Shown: piece after piece, positions 24,207 to 38,328 of the stretch
How positions within the stretch are numbered: position 1 is the first letter of the stretch
Layout of the letters: the number at the start of each line of letters is the position of its first letter
Assembly: GCF_018977255.1 (NCBI RefSeq)
Contig: NW_024704742.1
Span: forward strand, 42,100,001 to 42,164,000
DNA length: 64,000 nt
Source of the DNA: Callorhinchus milii
Taxonomy: Eukaryota
Direction: 5' to 3'
The notes under the pieces: model-generated
What the model saw: only the letters and a program-made list of their open reading frames with translations
Databases searched by the model: none
What the model was told of the DNA's origin: nothing
Position numbers and translations under genes: made by a program

Positions 24207-26744
24207 ACTGCGCTACATGCTTCCTCATCACAGCCAGTGTTGGACAGGGCGCTTATGTGAGCAACGGGTGAGGACAAGATCAGGGTTTGTGTGATGCCCA
24301 TACAGTTACCTGGTGCTGAGGTATAGACTCACTTGGGTAAAGTAAGGGCACCACCGGATGCAGCCACAATGATAACTGACTCTGTCAGGAGAGGAAGGAA
24401 AAATAAAAACACTTAGGCTTTTGTAAGAATTTTATTTAAAATGGCTGCTGAAACCTTGTATTAAACTTTAACAAAGGGATTTATATTGGTTCTTCAATAA
24501 ATCATTGAATGCTCAACCCCAGTGATATCATAGGAGAAAATGCAGGATAGACTGACTCCTAGCTTGTAGCTGAATGTGTCATCATAACTAATGCTGATTT
24601 GCTCTGCAGCTCGCTCAGGACAATAGTAAATGTTGTGGCAAGGGGAAAATAGGATGTTAACCATAAGGCATACAATCAATCAGACAGAGACAAGAGAGTT
24701 GGTCGGTCTAATACCAATCCATTCAACAATGTGATTTACTTTCCATACCTTTCTGTAAAGGTTATCCTTGCACAACACTTTGCTTTCTCTACCTTTGTTT
24801 TTGCTGTGAAGGCAGTGGATAACATGTAGTAATAATAACGAACGATTAATTTCTGGGTCGCTCGAGCCCTTCGCTTCAATGATCTGTTGGTCTGAGATTT
24901 CAGTTCCGCTGTTGTACCTGGCTTCAGACCTGCTGGAGTTTCTCAAGGTCCAGTGATCACAGACTTCCTGTTCATTATTGGATAATATGTTCATTTAAAA
25001 ATAGCAGAAAATTGGGTTATTGAATATACATGGGGAGAATGGTACAATTGTGACCGAGCAGCAGTGCGCAATGGTATATGAAACGTGAGCTGACTTATGA
25101 GAGACACAGTTACATGAAGGATGGATGTGAGCTGACATCCGACTGAACTTCAAAGTGCCTTCACTTCAGGATGTCAGCATTCATGCTCTCCATTCTCATT
25201 CATGTTTGTGAGCTTTGCAGAGTCTCTTTAAATGTGTGCGGTTTAAATTGAAAGGTCCATCTCCTCTCCGGCTTCTGTTCATTTATATCCAAGGGTAGGC
25301 TCTCCGCAAATTGGTAAACCTGCCGGCTTTTGACAACAGACTCCCACTAGAAGAGAACATTTTCAAAGGCTGGCAAAGGGGGAAATAATCCCCTTAGAGT
25401 TTGTGCATACCGTTAATTTGTTTATACTGATGGAGCTGAGCTGGCTCCAAGGTAAAATGTTTGGCAATGGAATTCAGAATCGAGTCAATCTGTGGTGGTC
25501 TCAGGGACCAGTGGGTTTGGTCCCATCATAAGTAAACATGCCAACATTATGATATGGAGCAGCTTGGGACTTTGGGCACTGATGTGATCTGATCCCACAA
25601 GAAACAATAAAGATAACTTTTTGGATTAAGAAGAGAACAGCAGCACCAAGCTGTTCTCACACAGAGAGATTTCTACCCTCATTGTGTGTCAGGGTCTTTT
25701 GAATCATTTTCAGGGGATCCGTTTAATTAAATAATAATTTTGTGAAACGTGGACAAATATTTAAAGAGTGTTTATTTTATTGCTCTTGTTCATCTGTCAT
25801 TGAAAGCTTCAGATAAAGCCCAGGAGAGCCCTGCCAAGGCATTCACTTCGCACTGACGGCACTTTACACATTCATTGTTTAATCAGTAATATAATATTAC
25901 CTTAGAAACCATTTTTCATTGGCATGCCAGGCACTTGCTTGCCCAATAGCTAAAATTGAGGCATTAACAGCGCTGTGGAAAGAAAGGTAATAGGAGAGAG
26001 CACTTTATACCTTCAGGCATATCTCATCTTTGTGGTGGGGGTGAGGGGGGCAAGGTCAACAGGATTCCGGTTGTTTAATAGAATTGGAAACACTCATCAA
26101 AATCAGAATTCTAAGTGTGCTTTATTCAGAATTTACTCACGCGCTGCCATCAAATTGGATAGTACAGGGAGGTGGGGTACGGGTAGGCAGGCAGTATGAG
26201 GGAGTATCTCATTGCACTTAAGACTGGAAACTATTTCACACGTACTCAGAAGGGACAAGCAAATCCTTGAGCTCAACAACAGGATATTAAAATATGTGAC
26301 GGTACTTTTAGTAGACAGTTTCAAATAGATAGAGATTCCAGGCCGAAGTTTCTAGGAGTATAAGTAACAAACGTGTATTTTGAAGCCTGCCCCCACACCT
26401 CCACATACACATTGTATTCAAGTATCCTCTACAACAAAGAGGTTTTCAGTCCTTCAAAGTATAAGATTAATCCTGAATCTCATGATGCTGCCTTGAATAA
26501 ACCATGTGAGCAACAATATTACTGTCCAGTTTGTGCCTCTGTCAAGGCAAACCTCGTTGCTTTCTTGGTCACCTCTATAACTTAGGTTAGACAGCCCATG
26601 TAATGAAGACTCTGCAGTGCAGTCCTGAGTCTTGCCACCTCACAGTGTGGTGTGTTCTTACAGAGCAGTGAACTCGAAATAATTTGGGGGAATGGGAAAG
26701 GCAGATATGATTATCAATCTTAAGAACACTCAAATTTCAGTTTT

Positions 26745-26935
26745 TAGAGATGTCTCATAGGGGACTTTGTAGAGATGTATATTTTAAATGGGTTTGAAAA
26801 AGTAAACCCAGGATAATATTTCCAATGAGCAATAAACATCAGAATGAGAGGACATAGGTTTAGTGGTTCACAGAGCAATTGCAGGGCAGGAACCAGGAAG
26901 TATTTCTTTAGCCAAATATAATGCATTGTGTGGGG
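26745..26935 (+). mobile_element. Old CR1 ORF2 3' fragment
   Basis: ggggactttgtagagatgtat...agaggacataggttt...aggaagtatttctttagccaa resembles the RGDL..RGH..RKYFFSQ motifs. Confidence 0.65.
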
Positions 26936-27579
26936 ACTGTGTATTGGCAAAAAAATGAAGTTGTCAATTTGTGTACAATAGTGTCCCACAGACAGTCATG
27001 AAGGGAATGACCAGTTTTATCTGGGGGATTGATGGCCAGAGCACCAAGAGACACTCCCCTTCACTTTTCGAGTAATGTCATGGGATCTTTAGCATCCTCC
27101 ATGAATCGAAAACCTCAGAAAGCACAATCAAATCCTTCAGTTGTAAACCTGTAAAACCAATAGGGAGGGAGACCAAAGTCTCTCTCTCCATTGACCTCCA
27201 ATGACACTCTATTGCCCCAAATCCACGAGGCTTAAATTACCTGTAGTACCTAATGGATCGCAGGCCTCTCCCAAAATAGAAAGAGATTTGTTGATCTGCA
27301 AATTATCTTCCCCATCAAATAAAAACACAGAAGCTGGATGCAGACTGAGTGTGTTACTGGAAATCAAGAATTCCACATTATATTACATTTTCTTCCGCTC
27401 AACAGAGAGGTTTGCAGAGTTCATGTAGCTCTACGTTTCATCAAAAAGTGACAGCAATGTTACAGAACTCATGTAATGTGTAGTTGGTGTTTGGGGTGGA
27501 GGGAAGAAAGGCACTTTCAAATTACTTGGCTAGATTCAAATTATATTCTTACAGAAACCAGCCAGATTTTTTCTGGAAA

Positions 27580-27815
27580 CACAAACAGAAGTCGCTGGGA
27601 ACACTCAGCAGGTCAGTTAGCATCCATGGAGAAAGGAAGTGAGTCAACGTTTCGGGTCCATGACCCTTTATCAGAACTGGGGCATGTTGGGAGGGAGAGG
27701 CTTTTAAGGGCTAACAGAGAGGGGGAGGCAGGGCAAGGAAGACAAAGGAGAAAATGGGGTAGAGGGCAGGGGATGATGGGTTTAAAGAGGTGTTAATGAT
27801 GCAAAACAAAGGGGG
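27580..27815 (-). mobile_element. Penelope-like element terminal remnant
   Basis: acagaagtcgctgggaacactcagcaggtcag...aacgtttcgggtccatgaccctttatcagaac resembles the common shark Penelope-like end (from memory) and contains a hammerhead-like core. Confidence 0.65.
27642..27678 (-). ncRNA. Degenerate minimal type I hammerhead ribozyme motif
   Basis: Minus strand reads agtt-CTGATAA-a-gggtc-atg-gaccc-GAAA-cgtt-gact. Stem II is perfect, stem I is agtt/gact, and stem III is the palindrome AACGTT. Core G8 is A. Confidence 0.65.
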
Positions 27816-27829
27816 GATTGCAACCTAAA

Positions 27830-28030
27830 ATAATGGTTGAATCCGATAGAATAGATGCATTCAAGAGGAAGCTAGATTTCACATGAAGGAGAAAGGAATA
27901 GAAGCATATGGGAGAAAGGGAGGAAGGAGTGGGTGGAGACTCACGTGGAGTATAAACACCTGCACGACTTGTGGGCTGAATGGCCTGTTTCTGTTTCTGT
28001 GCTGTATATTCTATGCATGCAAATCTATGT
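27830..28030 (+). mobile_element. CR1 3' end and UTR
   Basis: gcattcaagaggaagctagat...ggaatagaagcatatg...gggctgaatggcctgtttctg, homologous to 45960-46110. Confidence 0.8.
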
Positions 28031-28234
28031 ATGTAAATCTATATGTAGAATTATGTAGGTACAACAACAAAATTGTATTTATATAGCGCTTTTCACGTCA
28101 GAAGGACATGCCAAGGGACTGAAAATGTATGTATATGTTTGGAATGTACTTACGATTCCCAGTAGGAGGCACTTTCCATCCGAGGCACTTTTTCCAGTGC
28201 TCACACCATTTTAGTTATGGGTCTCCCATTTTAG

Positions 28235-28610
28235 TAGAATCATAGAATATTACAGCACTAAAGAAGGTCATTCAGCCCATCTTAGCTGTGCCAACTCTTT
28301 GGAAGAGCTACCTAATCAATCTCATTCCCCCGCTCTTTCCCCATATCCTCGTAATTTTTTTCTTTCAAATACCTATCCAATTCCCTTTTGAAAGTTGTTA
28401 TTGAATTTGTTCCACCACCCTTTCAGGCTGTGCATTCCAGACCATAACAAATCTCTGTAAAACTCATCCCTGGTACCATTCTGGTAAATCTCCTCTGCAC
28501 CCTCTCCAAAGCCTTGATATCCTTCCTGAAGTGTGGTGCTCAAAATTGAACATAATACTCCAGCTGAGGCCTAACCAGTGACTTTACAAAGGTTTAGCAG
28601 CACTTCCGTA
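28235..28610 (-). mobile_element. CR1 3' fragment with an internal deletion
   Basis: tagaatcatagaat tail, cctatccaattcccttttg, then ctggtaaatctcctctgcaccctctccaaagccttgatatcc (ALERVQRRFTR on the minus strand). Confidence 0.8.
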
Positions 28611-29670
28611 AAGCAGCACATTTATGGAACATTTTAACCCCAGTGTAACATACTCTGTCTTTTTGTTTAACCCTCATCATTTTGAGGAGAGGATCCCCCC
28701 TTTTCTGAACCTTGCCAGTAATGGTGACCATGCTGCTTTACACAGCTTGGCAAGGTGAGACATGAGTTAAAATCTGGGTTAGTTCCTTCTAAAATAAATC
28801 ACAGATAAAAGGGGTTTAGATAATTTCTGATGGTTCTAATTTCTCTGGTTTAGGCACCTCAGCGAGGAAGCCTAAATTGCGAAATAACTTGGACCAAAAC
28901 TGAAGCTAAATGGATGGTTTATTTTCACGAATAACTCTAGTCGTCACTGAAAATGTAATTTATACACAACGATTATACCCAGTGGCCTGATAACCACTGC
29001 ACAATGAGTGCATTCCACTCTGATTAGATTTGAATGGGTAATCATGCAGGAAAAGTACACAGCGACAGAGCTGGCCTGAGATAGAGACTGAGAGCAGGGT
29101 AGGAAGTCGAGCAGTATTATCATGAAATACAAGTTGAACATTTGATTTTAACCTGCAGTGAACATTTAGTAAACCAGAGGAGCGATGTGTCGTCTTTCAA
29201 ACAGCAGAAGGTCACTTTTGGAGTTCAGATTCCAACAACTCTTATTTTTTTCATCGGTTGCTTTTATGTAGTATCTAGATGGAGTTAGTGAGAATAATTA
29301 GCTTGAGGGGGCTGTATCATATTTGCTGTACTCCCATTCCCATGTATTGTCATTCCCTGAACTTTGTTGTAAATTGGCCATGGAAGAATAATATTTTATC
29401 GGTATCCCAGCGTGCATCAGGGTAGCCACATAAGTGTCAACAGATGGTGGGAAAAAATATTAAAAGATGGTTTAATTTCTCAGAGCATTACCTTGATTTT
29501 TCCTCAAGGCTTGTAAATTAGATGAAAGGAATGAACAGGGCTAAACGTGCTGTCGAAATGTTTTCCACAGAGATCTCTGAGAACATTTGAGGTAGTTCAA
29601 AGAGTATGTGTGTACGCTGAAGAACAAAACATACGTTTGCAATTTTGAGTCATCTTGTTGATCATTCTGC

Positions 29671-29789
29671 AATAAAAATAATATAACGCTTGCATTTGAT
29701 ATAGCAGCTTATCACGTCATTGAGACATTTCAAAGCGCTACACAGAATATACTGTAAAGTGAATTGACTGTATATTTTGTGGGCAAAAC
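29671..29789 (-). mobile_element. Tail-only SINE copy (~120 bp)
   Basis: ttgcatttgatatagcagcttatcacgtcattgagac...tattttgtgggcaaaac. Confidence 0.85.
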
Positions 29790-30400
29790 AATGCAATGTA
29801 ATTTACATTTATATAGCGACTTTGAAAGGGTTTGCATGTGGATACTTGCCAGAGATCTGCTCCCTCAACCACCATACTGATCTACTATCGGGGTCTTATC
29901 TGGTGAGTAACACTAGGTTCCATGGATAAGTCCTTATCAGTGACAGTGCAGGGAGGAACTCTCTGGGTCAAGATCTGCTAACAAAGGTTGTTTATACAGG
30001 AGGGAGTTCCAAGGGTTAGGTAATCATCAGTTGATTTGAGGTGGATAATGAATAGAACTGAGCTCTTTTTTTAGCTGCGCTGTACATTTTATGTATACCT
30101 TCCGGAGGCCATATGAGTTCTGTAGATTAGCTCTAAATGTGCACATGAGGTGCATGTTAAAACCTGGTATTACTCAGCAGCATAAATTATTATTATCATT
30201 ATAAATTAGATATAACTTTCCTACTGATTGTTGAGAAATCTGACTTTGTTCTTGATGTTTTTCTGTACGAGGGGACAGCCATGCTTGAGGTGAGACATTG
30301 GTGTCCTAAAACTCACGACTGGATCCTGCTCTGAGCTCAGTGTCCTGACATTAACAACATTATTCAGTAGTGAGCTTTGCACTTTTACCTTGTTCGAACT

Positions 30401-30741
30401 ATAATAATAATAATCCTTGCATTTGATATAGCGCTTTTCACATCGGGAGGACGTCCCAAAGCGCTTCACAGAACACACTGTAAAGTGAATTGACTGTATA
30501 TTTGTGGGCGAACACGACAGCCAATTGCGGACAGCAATGTCCCACAAACAGTCGTAGATTGATTGGTTTAGATTGGTTTAACATTGAAATATGACCAATT
30601 TATTATTGTTTTTGGTTTTGGAGGGATTATTATTAGGCGTGTGGAGTAGGGAAACTTGCCCAAGGTTTCGCCCTGCCTGGAATTGAACTCAGGTCTCTCG
30701 CTTGCAAAGCGAGTGCTCTAACCACTGAGCTACAGAACTCC
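30401..30741 (-). mobile_element. Full-length tRNA(Ala)-derived SINE, subfamily A, with a ~25-bp internal insertion
   Basis: Complete element with extra gattggtttagattggtttaacatt at 30561-30585. Confidence 0.95.
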
Positions 30742-30829
30742 ACAAACTGCATGGAAACTGATCAAAACCTTAAGACAGTCAGATTGAAATGAATACTTAC
30801 TCTCTTCTCGTAGGAGTGGGAGTTGAGCA

Positions 30830-31352
30830 GAGTCTCCTTGGAGCTGAAGTGGCTGCAAGGTGACATGCTTGTCAATAGAATATCGAAATTGAACCAACCC
30901 TCTGTAGCGATCTTGACAGTCCGGTTCCTGAGCTAGGCGGGTCTGTAGTACTATGGGCCACTGCTGATGATAGCCAGGCTGGCTCATCAATAAGAATTGG
31001 AGGGGCAGGGATTATTCCCACTCAGCTCCTCTTAATCCTGCAAGCCAAAGCTCTAACAGATAGAGTAGCCTTAGATGGACAGGCAGCGGGAAGCTTCAGC
31101 TGGTTATACTCCGACTCCAATGTACACTGTGACGTCTCCAAGCTTGGCTCTTGCCAACTCGTGCATAATACTCTTGGGAATCAGGTAAGCAGCGGGCATC
31201 CCTCCAAGGAGAGAGTGCGTATTCCATTCCATACCCAGGGAAATTTCAATGTGTAGGTGGCATACAGATGTGGAACTCTCAGTCTGGTTTGGATACAGGT
31301 AAGTGTGGTGATGGAATTCCAGATGTGTCAGGCACCTGGCTGACCAAAAAAA
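30830..31352 (+). repeat. Unclassified poly(A)-ended repeat, long copy
   Basis: Colinear with 47690-48301 from ttggagctgaa..caaggtgac through ttcccactcag to ggctgaccaaaaaaa. Confidence 0.8.
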
Positions 31353-34300
31353 GTTGAATACTTGCCAATCCACCAGCTGTAGGTTGATTTTGGTAGAAAT
31401 GCTTTGAAAACAATGCAACAAATCCAGATCGCAGGGAAGAGATTCCTTCAAACAGACATTACAGACATTAGCTACAGTATTCCAGACTATTGCCACAACA
31501 AGGTGCTGAGAACTCCCTTATTAGAATGCAACAAGTATCATCGTGTGAGCTGGGTTTGTACTTAGAAACCTGTTCCCTCAGGTATATTTTTAAATTGTGG
31601 AATTTGTAAAGCAAAGTGCCGTGAGGTGGAATACCAATGAATTAATTTTTCACCACACATTGCGGTAGTGATCTCATTTACATGTGTACTGTCCCCAGGT
31701 GCACCCATGCCAGAGTCTACCATTGAAAAACATTAGAGAGAACAATTCAAATTAAAGTCAAAATGGGACTTGCCAACCTGTACCTAACATTCTTCAGAAT
31801 TAGGTAAGCAGGATGCATCCATCAGGGAAGAGGGAGGCTTGGTTTAACATCTTATCCAAAGGATGGTACCTCCAACAATGCAGCCCCTCCTCCCCAGAAA
31901 TGGACTGGAGTATCAACCTAGACTTGTGGCCTGGAAGTGGCTCCTCTGCACATTCGCGTGAGTCTTGGTGTTCGTGTGTTTTCAGTTTTCTTCTTGATTG
32001 AATATTTCTTGATTTATGACATTAATAAAAAAAATCAAGAAAGTAAATTTTTTTGGATAACCAAAAAGGTTGTTCACTACTGGCCAAGACTAATATGAGC
32101 TAAAAGGCCTGATATGGCGTTTGAACCCCAAACCTTCTGACTAAGAAGACACATGAGCGTTACCAACTGAGTTAGGCCGACACTGATTTAGCCCATCCCT
32201 ATATTATATCTCACCCCCCACTGAGTTGATGCGGTCAATGACAAGCTTAACAATTTTGTTAGTTGTTAGTGGAGCTAGTTGGAAGCTGAAAAGGCTCAGA
32301 ATGGGGAAGCAGGTGTGGATTAGGAACCAGAGTGCTCGGCTGAGATGTTTGAATTCTCTCAAGTCGCTGTTTGAAAGGAACCAGGGTTTGTATTGCAACC
32401 TCTGCTGATCCCTGCTCATGGACCGGAATGTATGTACAAGTACAAGTCATGTAGACTGTAATTGTGAAATCATGTCATATCAGGAAGCACTAAGCTATGT
32501 TTGCATAGAACCATGCAATTCTACCAGACTGCATTACGGCCATCACACCACATTGATTCCAGTGAGCTGCTTCTCAACGGCGAGACTGCTCTCACGGGGG
32601 CTGATGTCAGAAATGTATTATTAATGATCAGAAGCGTTACAAACAATTAACATCTAATCAGAAAATCTGGCTGAGGCCTCGTCCAAGTCAGCCTTGGCAT
32701 ACGACTTGTCGGCTGCTTATCTCCAGCCCATAAGAGTTTCATCTGGTCCTTGAGGGAATTCATTCATTTTCCAACAGGCAGCCGTGGAGTCTGGGGTCGA
32801 GTGGCGGTGCAGTAATGGGCTCCTACTCCCATAGGAGTCCTCTGTATATGTAAGCTTCTCGAAGAAAGGAAGAGATTGAAAGAACATAGGAACCCAGGGA
32901 TAAACATATTTCAGTTCAACTAAAGCTGTAAGCAAGGCACAAACTTGCTAACGAATGCTGCGTCATGCACTTTTGAAAGGAGTTTTTACTTTTTCCAAAC
33001 AGCAGCTTGGGTTAAATTACTCATCAACTTAAAATAATCTTATATTGATGGAGTAAGTGCATGGGGCAAATGTAACGCAGGGATCTAGAGAATAATTGGC
33101 ACCTGGTAGTGTTTTCAAAGTAGAAATGCAATTATTAGATTTGGATGTTTTATGTATAGAATAGAATAATGTATATTAGTGGTTGCAAGGGTGATATCTA
33201 ATGAAAATGATTTATATATTATATAGATTGATATATACTATATATAGTGTGCTCATAAAGAGAAAGGAGTTTTTCCTTATCTCCTGGCCAGCAATACCCC
33301 CAAGTAAAATTGATCATTCACTTCATGGGAGGTTGGGAGTTATTACTGTGTGTAAATTAGCAGCTGCATTTGCCTACAAATACTCAGTCACTGCACCCTA
33401 CGTAAATCATTTGAAGGATTCTGAGACCTCTTCCTGATGTGAAAAGCACTATTATCAAGTGCAAGGATTTTAATTTTTATTGTACACTTGGTGCCCATCG
33501 ATACTGCAGTTGCAAATCAGAAATTCAATCAAAGAATTCGTCTGGTTTATGTATAGCGGAATGAATACCTGGTAGTAGTAACAAAGCAGCAATCTAAGTG
33601 TGCATTTTGAATGGCTTGGTAAGCACGGAGTGAAGATCAAATACTTTAAAACCATTATATGAAGCTGGAGATTAGATGGCGGCTTCAGGTAACCTCCCTC
33701 AATTGTATTCATTGGTTTGATTCTGGGTGCAGGCCATTCTGTCTGTGCACACTGGTTCTTTCAGGGATCATCACTACAAATCAGGAGATTAATGTTTTGC
33801 CATGTCATTACTGCAAGTTTATCAAGAAACAATTTGCAGTCGATTACCAGAAGACTGTACGCTAATACATTTCCGCCACTGGGGAGATTAAGTGATTACG
33901 CCATATATATGTTTGAGCAGTATTTAAAAAACTGTATATAAGTCAATGGAGGCAATTCTCTGATTATTGGTACATGTACTGACCTGGGCAGTGGCAATTG
34001 TATAATCATTCACCAACTCTGAAAATCCATCCATTGTTGCTGAAAATATCAACTCTAAACTAATACAAAAAGAGATCATAAGGAAGATAATAATGATACT
34101 TGCATTTCATATAGCACCTTATCATGTCGTTGAGACATCTCAAAGTACTTCACAGAATATACTGTAAAGTGGATTGACTGTGTATTTTGTGTGCAATGTT
34201 TGCAGCAGCACACTTATTTCATCACTGAAATAAAAATGAAAACCGACTCCAGAGTTATTCGCAACAAACAGGAAAGGAGGGAGACTGAGGGAAGAATGAC

Positions 34301-36063
34301 TTGTTCTGTCCCATGTCACCAGGGAGCAAGAGTTGGGTTTCAGAAAGTACTAACTGCACACTTCAGCAAATGGTTTGCGGTGAAACCAGTACAGGATGAG
34401 TTAATTTGAGACATCTCTTTTCGTAAAAGATGCCTGATCCACGTAGACATACCTGGCTGACAGAAGATAGGCCTTGCTTCCTGAGTGACTCGCAGTATTT
34501 GGGGCTTTCTTAACCTGTCTGCTTTGCAGGAGAAACTATCTATTACTTACCAAACAAAGCATATTTGTGCTCGTCCCCAGTGACTGCCACAATATCCAAA
34601 TATTGTTGCCAAAAGACTTTACAAAAATAGATTTGAAGATAACACGGCAACACCTTTATAAAGCAGTCGTGTGATTCCAAAGGCCACCCATTATAAAGAG
34701 ATTTGATAAAAGGTTTGATGTCTGGGACATCAGGTTGCCACTGATGTCACTTCCCCTTTGTTGTATACCGTGTCCAGGAAGCAACGTAAAGATCTTACTG
34801 ATCTTAAAGATCCTGCTTACTGTCCAGGCTGATGTCACTTCCATCACAGTGATCTTAGCAGCACTTCTGGTATAACCTGTGAGTTTGCAGGCTTCAGCCC
34901 TGGTCTATGTTGAGTTAGGTAGTCTTGGTGGCGAGTAGTGAGAGTACAAATGTTGAAGTTGGTGCTCTTGTCTTAGGGAAGGAATGAGAGACTATCAACT
35001 GCAATCTGCTAAAAACTGTCCACTTTTGGGTTTTCAACCATTATAAATAACTGACATCAATAGTGACCTAATGAGTGGAACCAGTGGCCATTTTTTTCAT
35101 GGACATATTATGTCACTGTGCTAATTTTCTGAACCTCATTATAATGAGGGGTTGCACTATAACTCTTTTGCCCATTATAGATACAAGGCACGAGACTGAA
35201 CGGTCATCACTGACAAAGACAGGTGCTACTTTGAGCCAAGAATGAAATCCAGCTTTTCTTCCAAGTCTATGACTCTTTGTTGTCTGTGCTGGTTACATTG
35301 CTCCTGTAAGTTACTCCAGCTTCCTAGAGCTTGTTCTGGCTGAAAGGATTTTCCTGTTTGAGTTATAACAGTCGCCTGCCAGCAGGCAGCGAGCTTCACT
35401 CTTGTGCATTGTTGTGAGAGCAGTGGTAGTTTCCGAATTGCATTGATTTTTCACCCTGACCAGCCGGCTGACGAGCCAAGACTCCTGTGGAAACTGGTCC
35501 ACACTTATACCACCAGAAGACCAATTTGTTGATTTAGTTAATTTTTCTCTTTTTGTACCTGCCTATCGTTTTCTCCACCGGCTACCGTCAGGTGTGTGGA
35601 CTGCCAAGCAGCCAGAATCTCCCTTCTTATTTGTCATTTTTTAAAAAAAAGAACTTTGTAACCTTTTTCATTCATTCACTGAAATTGTTTTTGTTGTCTG
35701 TGGAGTGCAGATTGAAAGCACTGTGATGTTATAGAAAGATAGGGAAGTGCAGACACTGCGGAGGAGTACTGGCAGGCTGCTGAGGCTACAGCATCCAAGC
35801 CTGGTTCCTATCCTCCTCTGCCATCCACATACACTCGCGTCATCCATCAGGGGTTTCTAGACAGTGATGAGGAGCAGAAACAGTGGTTGCTCCTTGTTCA
35901 ACAACAACAATTTACATTTATATAGCTTACAGAGGATATCTTAAAACACTTCACACATATGACTGGGAGTGCGAGCTGGGGGAATTGGGAGGGGCGGTAG
36001 GGGGAATGTCGCTGAAACACAGTCAAAAAAATAGCTCTTCAAGACAGACTTGAAAGATGACTT

Positions 36064-36489
36064 TCATCCTTGCATTTGATATAGTGCCTTATCATGGCAT
36101 CAAGATGCATCAAATTGCTTCACAGACTAAACTGTATAATTTTACTGTATTTTGCAGGTGAATACAGAGACAATTTGCACAAAGCAATGTCTCACAAATA
36201 GTCATAAAGTGAATGGCCAATTTTATCCAGGGAATTGTTGGCCAGGACATTTGGAAAAAAACTTCTCTTTTTGAATAGTACCATGGGATTTTTAATATCC
36301 ACTTGAAAAGGCAGACAGGACCTTAGTTGAACATCTCACCTGAAGGACGGCATCTCCTACAATGCAGCACTCCCACAGCAGTAAACTGGAGGGTCAGCCT
36401 AAACTCTTGAGTTCAAAGTCCCAACGTGGGGCTTGAACCAGCAACTTTCAGGCTCAGGGTTTAGAGTGCTACCAACTGGGCTAGACTGA
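36064..36489 (-). mobile_element. Near full-length Deu-domain SINE
   Basis: Tail, Deu core (catctcacctgaaggacggcatctcc) and head (ggggcttgaacc...agagtgctaccaactgg) are all present and colinear. Confidence 0.9.
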
Positions 36490-38328
36490 TTTTTGTTCAA
36501 GCTAAATGTAGAATCTCAACTGAAATCATAAATGAGATGAGTTAATTCGGTGCAGACTATGATTCAGACCTGCAACCTTGGTGCCCTGGGTTAGGGAAGG
36601 GAAACGTCAGGCAGGGTTTTCGTTTTTTGTTAACCAAAACCCAACTGCTCTGCAAGGTCTGATGCTGCACCCACTACCCTAGGCTATCAGAACGTTCTTC
36701 CACTGACTTTGAGAATAGCAGCTACTTTTGACTGACCTCAGTAGTGAAAGTGGTGTGGTCCTGTGAGCAATTATAGTTCCAGTTATTCATCTTTCAAATA
36801 TCAAAGGGGGTGAAAATTGCAATCAATAACATGTATTAATTATCACCGATGATGTTGGGAGAAACACTAATAATGCCACCTGAACCAGTTCCGACTGGAA
36901 AGTATACGTGTGGGTTGGGTGAAGAATATAGGTTGTTATGTGTGGCTTTTGTGTAAAGAGAGAATTTAGGTTATCTGAGATGCTGTAGATGATTGAATCG
37001 ACCTGCACCCAAGACTTGGGTACAAGAAATATGGGCCGACTGTCTGTTACCAGTGGATCTGTACCCAAGCACAAGCCAGCCTATGTTTTCAGGTGTATGT
37101 TAGTTCATTTCACAAGTATGTTAGTTCAGCTCAATCTGTGTGTGACGGCACCCAGCTTTTAGGCTGGGTCAGCCTGCTTGGGATTCAGACTTCAAACGTA
37201 GAAGGATTTCCTTTTATAGCACTGCCCGGCTGAAGGGGGAAAAGTTCATTGTAGAAATTAGAGAAAAATGCTGATGCTAACATGAAAGCCAGCCATACGT
37301 TTTTGTGTTATAAAAGAAAATAAAGAAGGGGGGATGTTTGTGAAATGTTTGTGTAAGGATATTTTTGTGGCATCACAATGCATATGATGAATTGCAACAG
37401 ACAAAGTGTCTCAAGTTTGGCTCTTCTTCTAAGAAGCTCATTTATTTTATCTGTCTTTTAACAATTAGTGCAATATATAGGTTTCATATATTTTATTCCG
37501 TCCTGTGAAGCGTTTATTGCTGCTGAGCCACTGACCGCTCTGTGAAGTAGGGCTGCAAGTAAAGATTGCACTTCGCTTTGAACTGGGGCTGCTGATCCCT
37601 CTGTGTCCAGTCCGTCAGATATCTGGTACAAGTGTCAGAAACAACATCTCGGTGGTCGAGCAGAGCTTTCGGTAAAGAATTGCAAAATCGTTCTCTGAAT
37701 CAAAGTGTCCCCTGTGGCAGGCTGCTGGGCTCTCTGCAGCTTTTCCAAAGGGGAAATAAATTGGCATCTGCTCTGGCCAAATCATTTGCCTGAGTGTAAT
37801 GAAGTGAAATTGCGAGATTTATTTGTGGTTTTTGTGCGAATGGATTTCTGCTTCTCTGCACAGGCCTGGGTACTGTTCTCCTATTTGTTTTGGCTGAAGC
37901 TGTGTGGCTTGAGCTCAGACCTCCCAACTGAAGGAACCCGAATAGAATTGTTTTCCTCCCGCTTCAAACTTTGCCTTTATTTAATTGATGAGAAAATCCC
38001 ACTTATATGATTTGAATAGAGCTGCCACCTTATTATGCAGCTTCCCTTTCACCCAGGCAGCAGGGGTTTCTCTAAATGCCCTCTGACAGAGTGTCAGTCT
38101 CACCCAGTTAAACATCTGTGACCTGCAATCCCAATGTACTGTGTATAAATCAGGTTTGAGGAACAAGGTACTGATGAGGAAAAGCAACACGTTTTGCTTC
38201 CCTGATGTCTCATTGAATATAGGAACCACCCAGTGCCCTACTGAACCATACAGACCTCCAGTTTACAGTGCATTCTAGTGGAAAATAACAATTTAGGGTC
38301 TACTACACAAGATTTGCCCACAAATACA

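Noticed and set aside
24680..24994. 104-aa minus-strand ORF in unique sequence
   Set aside because: No recognisable domain and no convincing splice-site pair; the length is compatible with chance.
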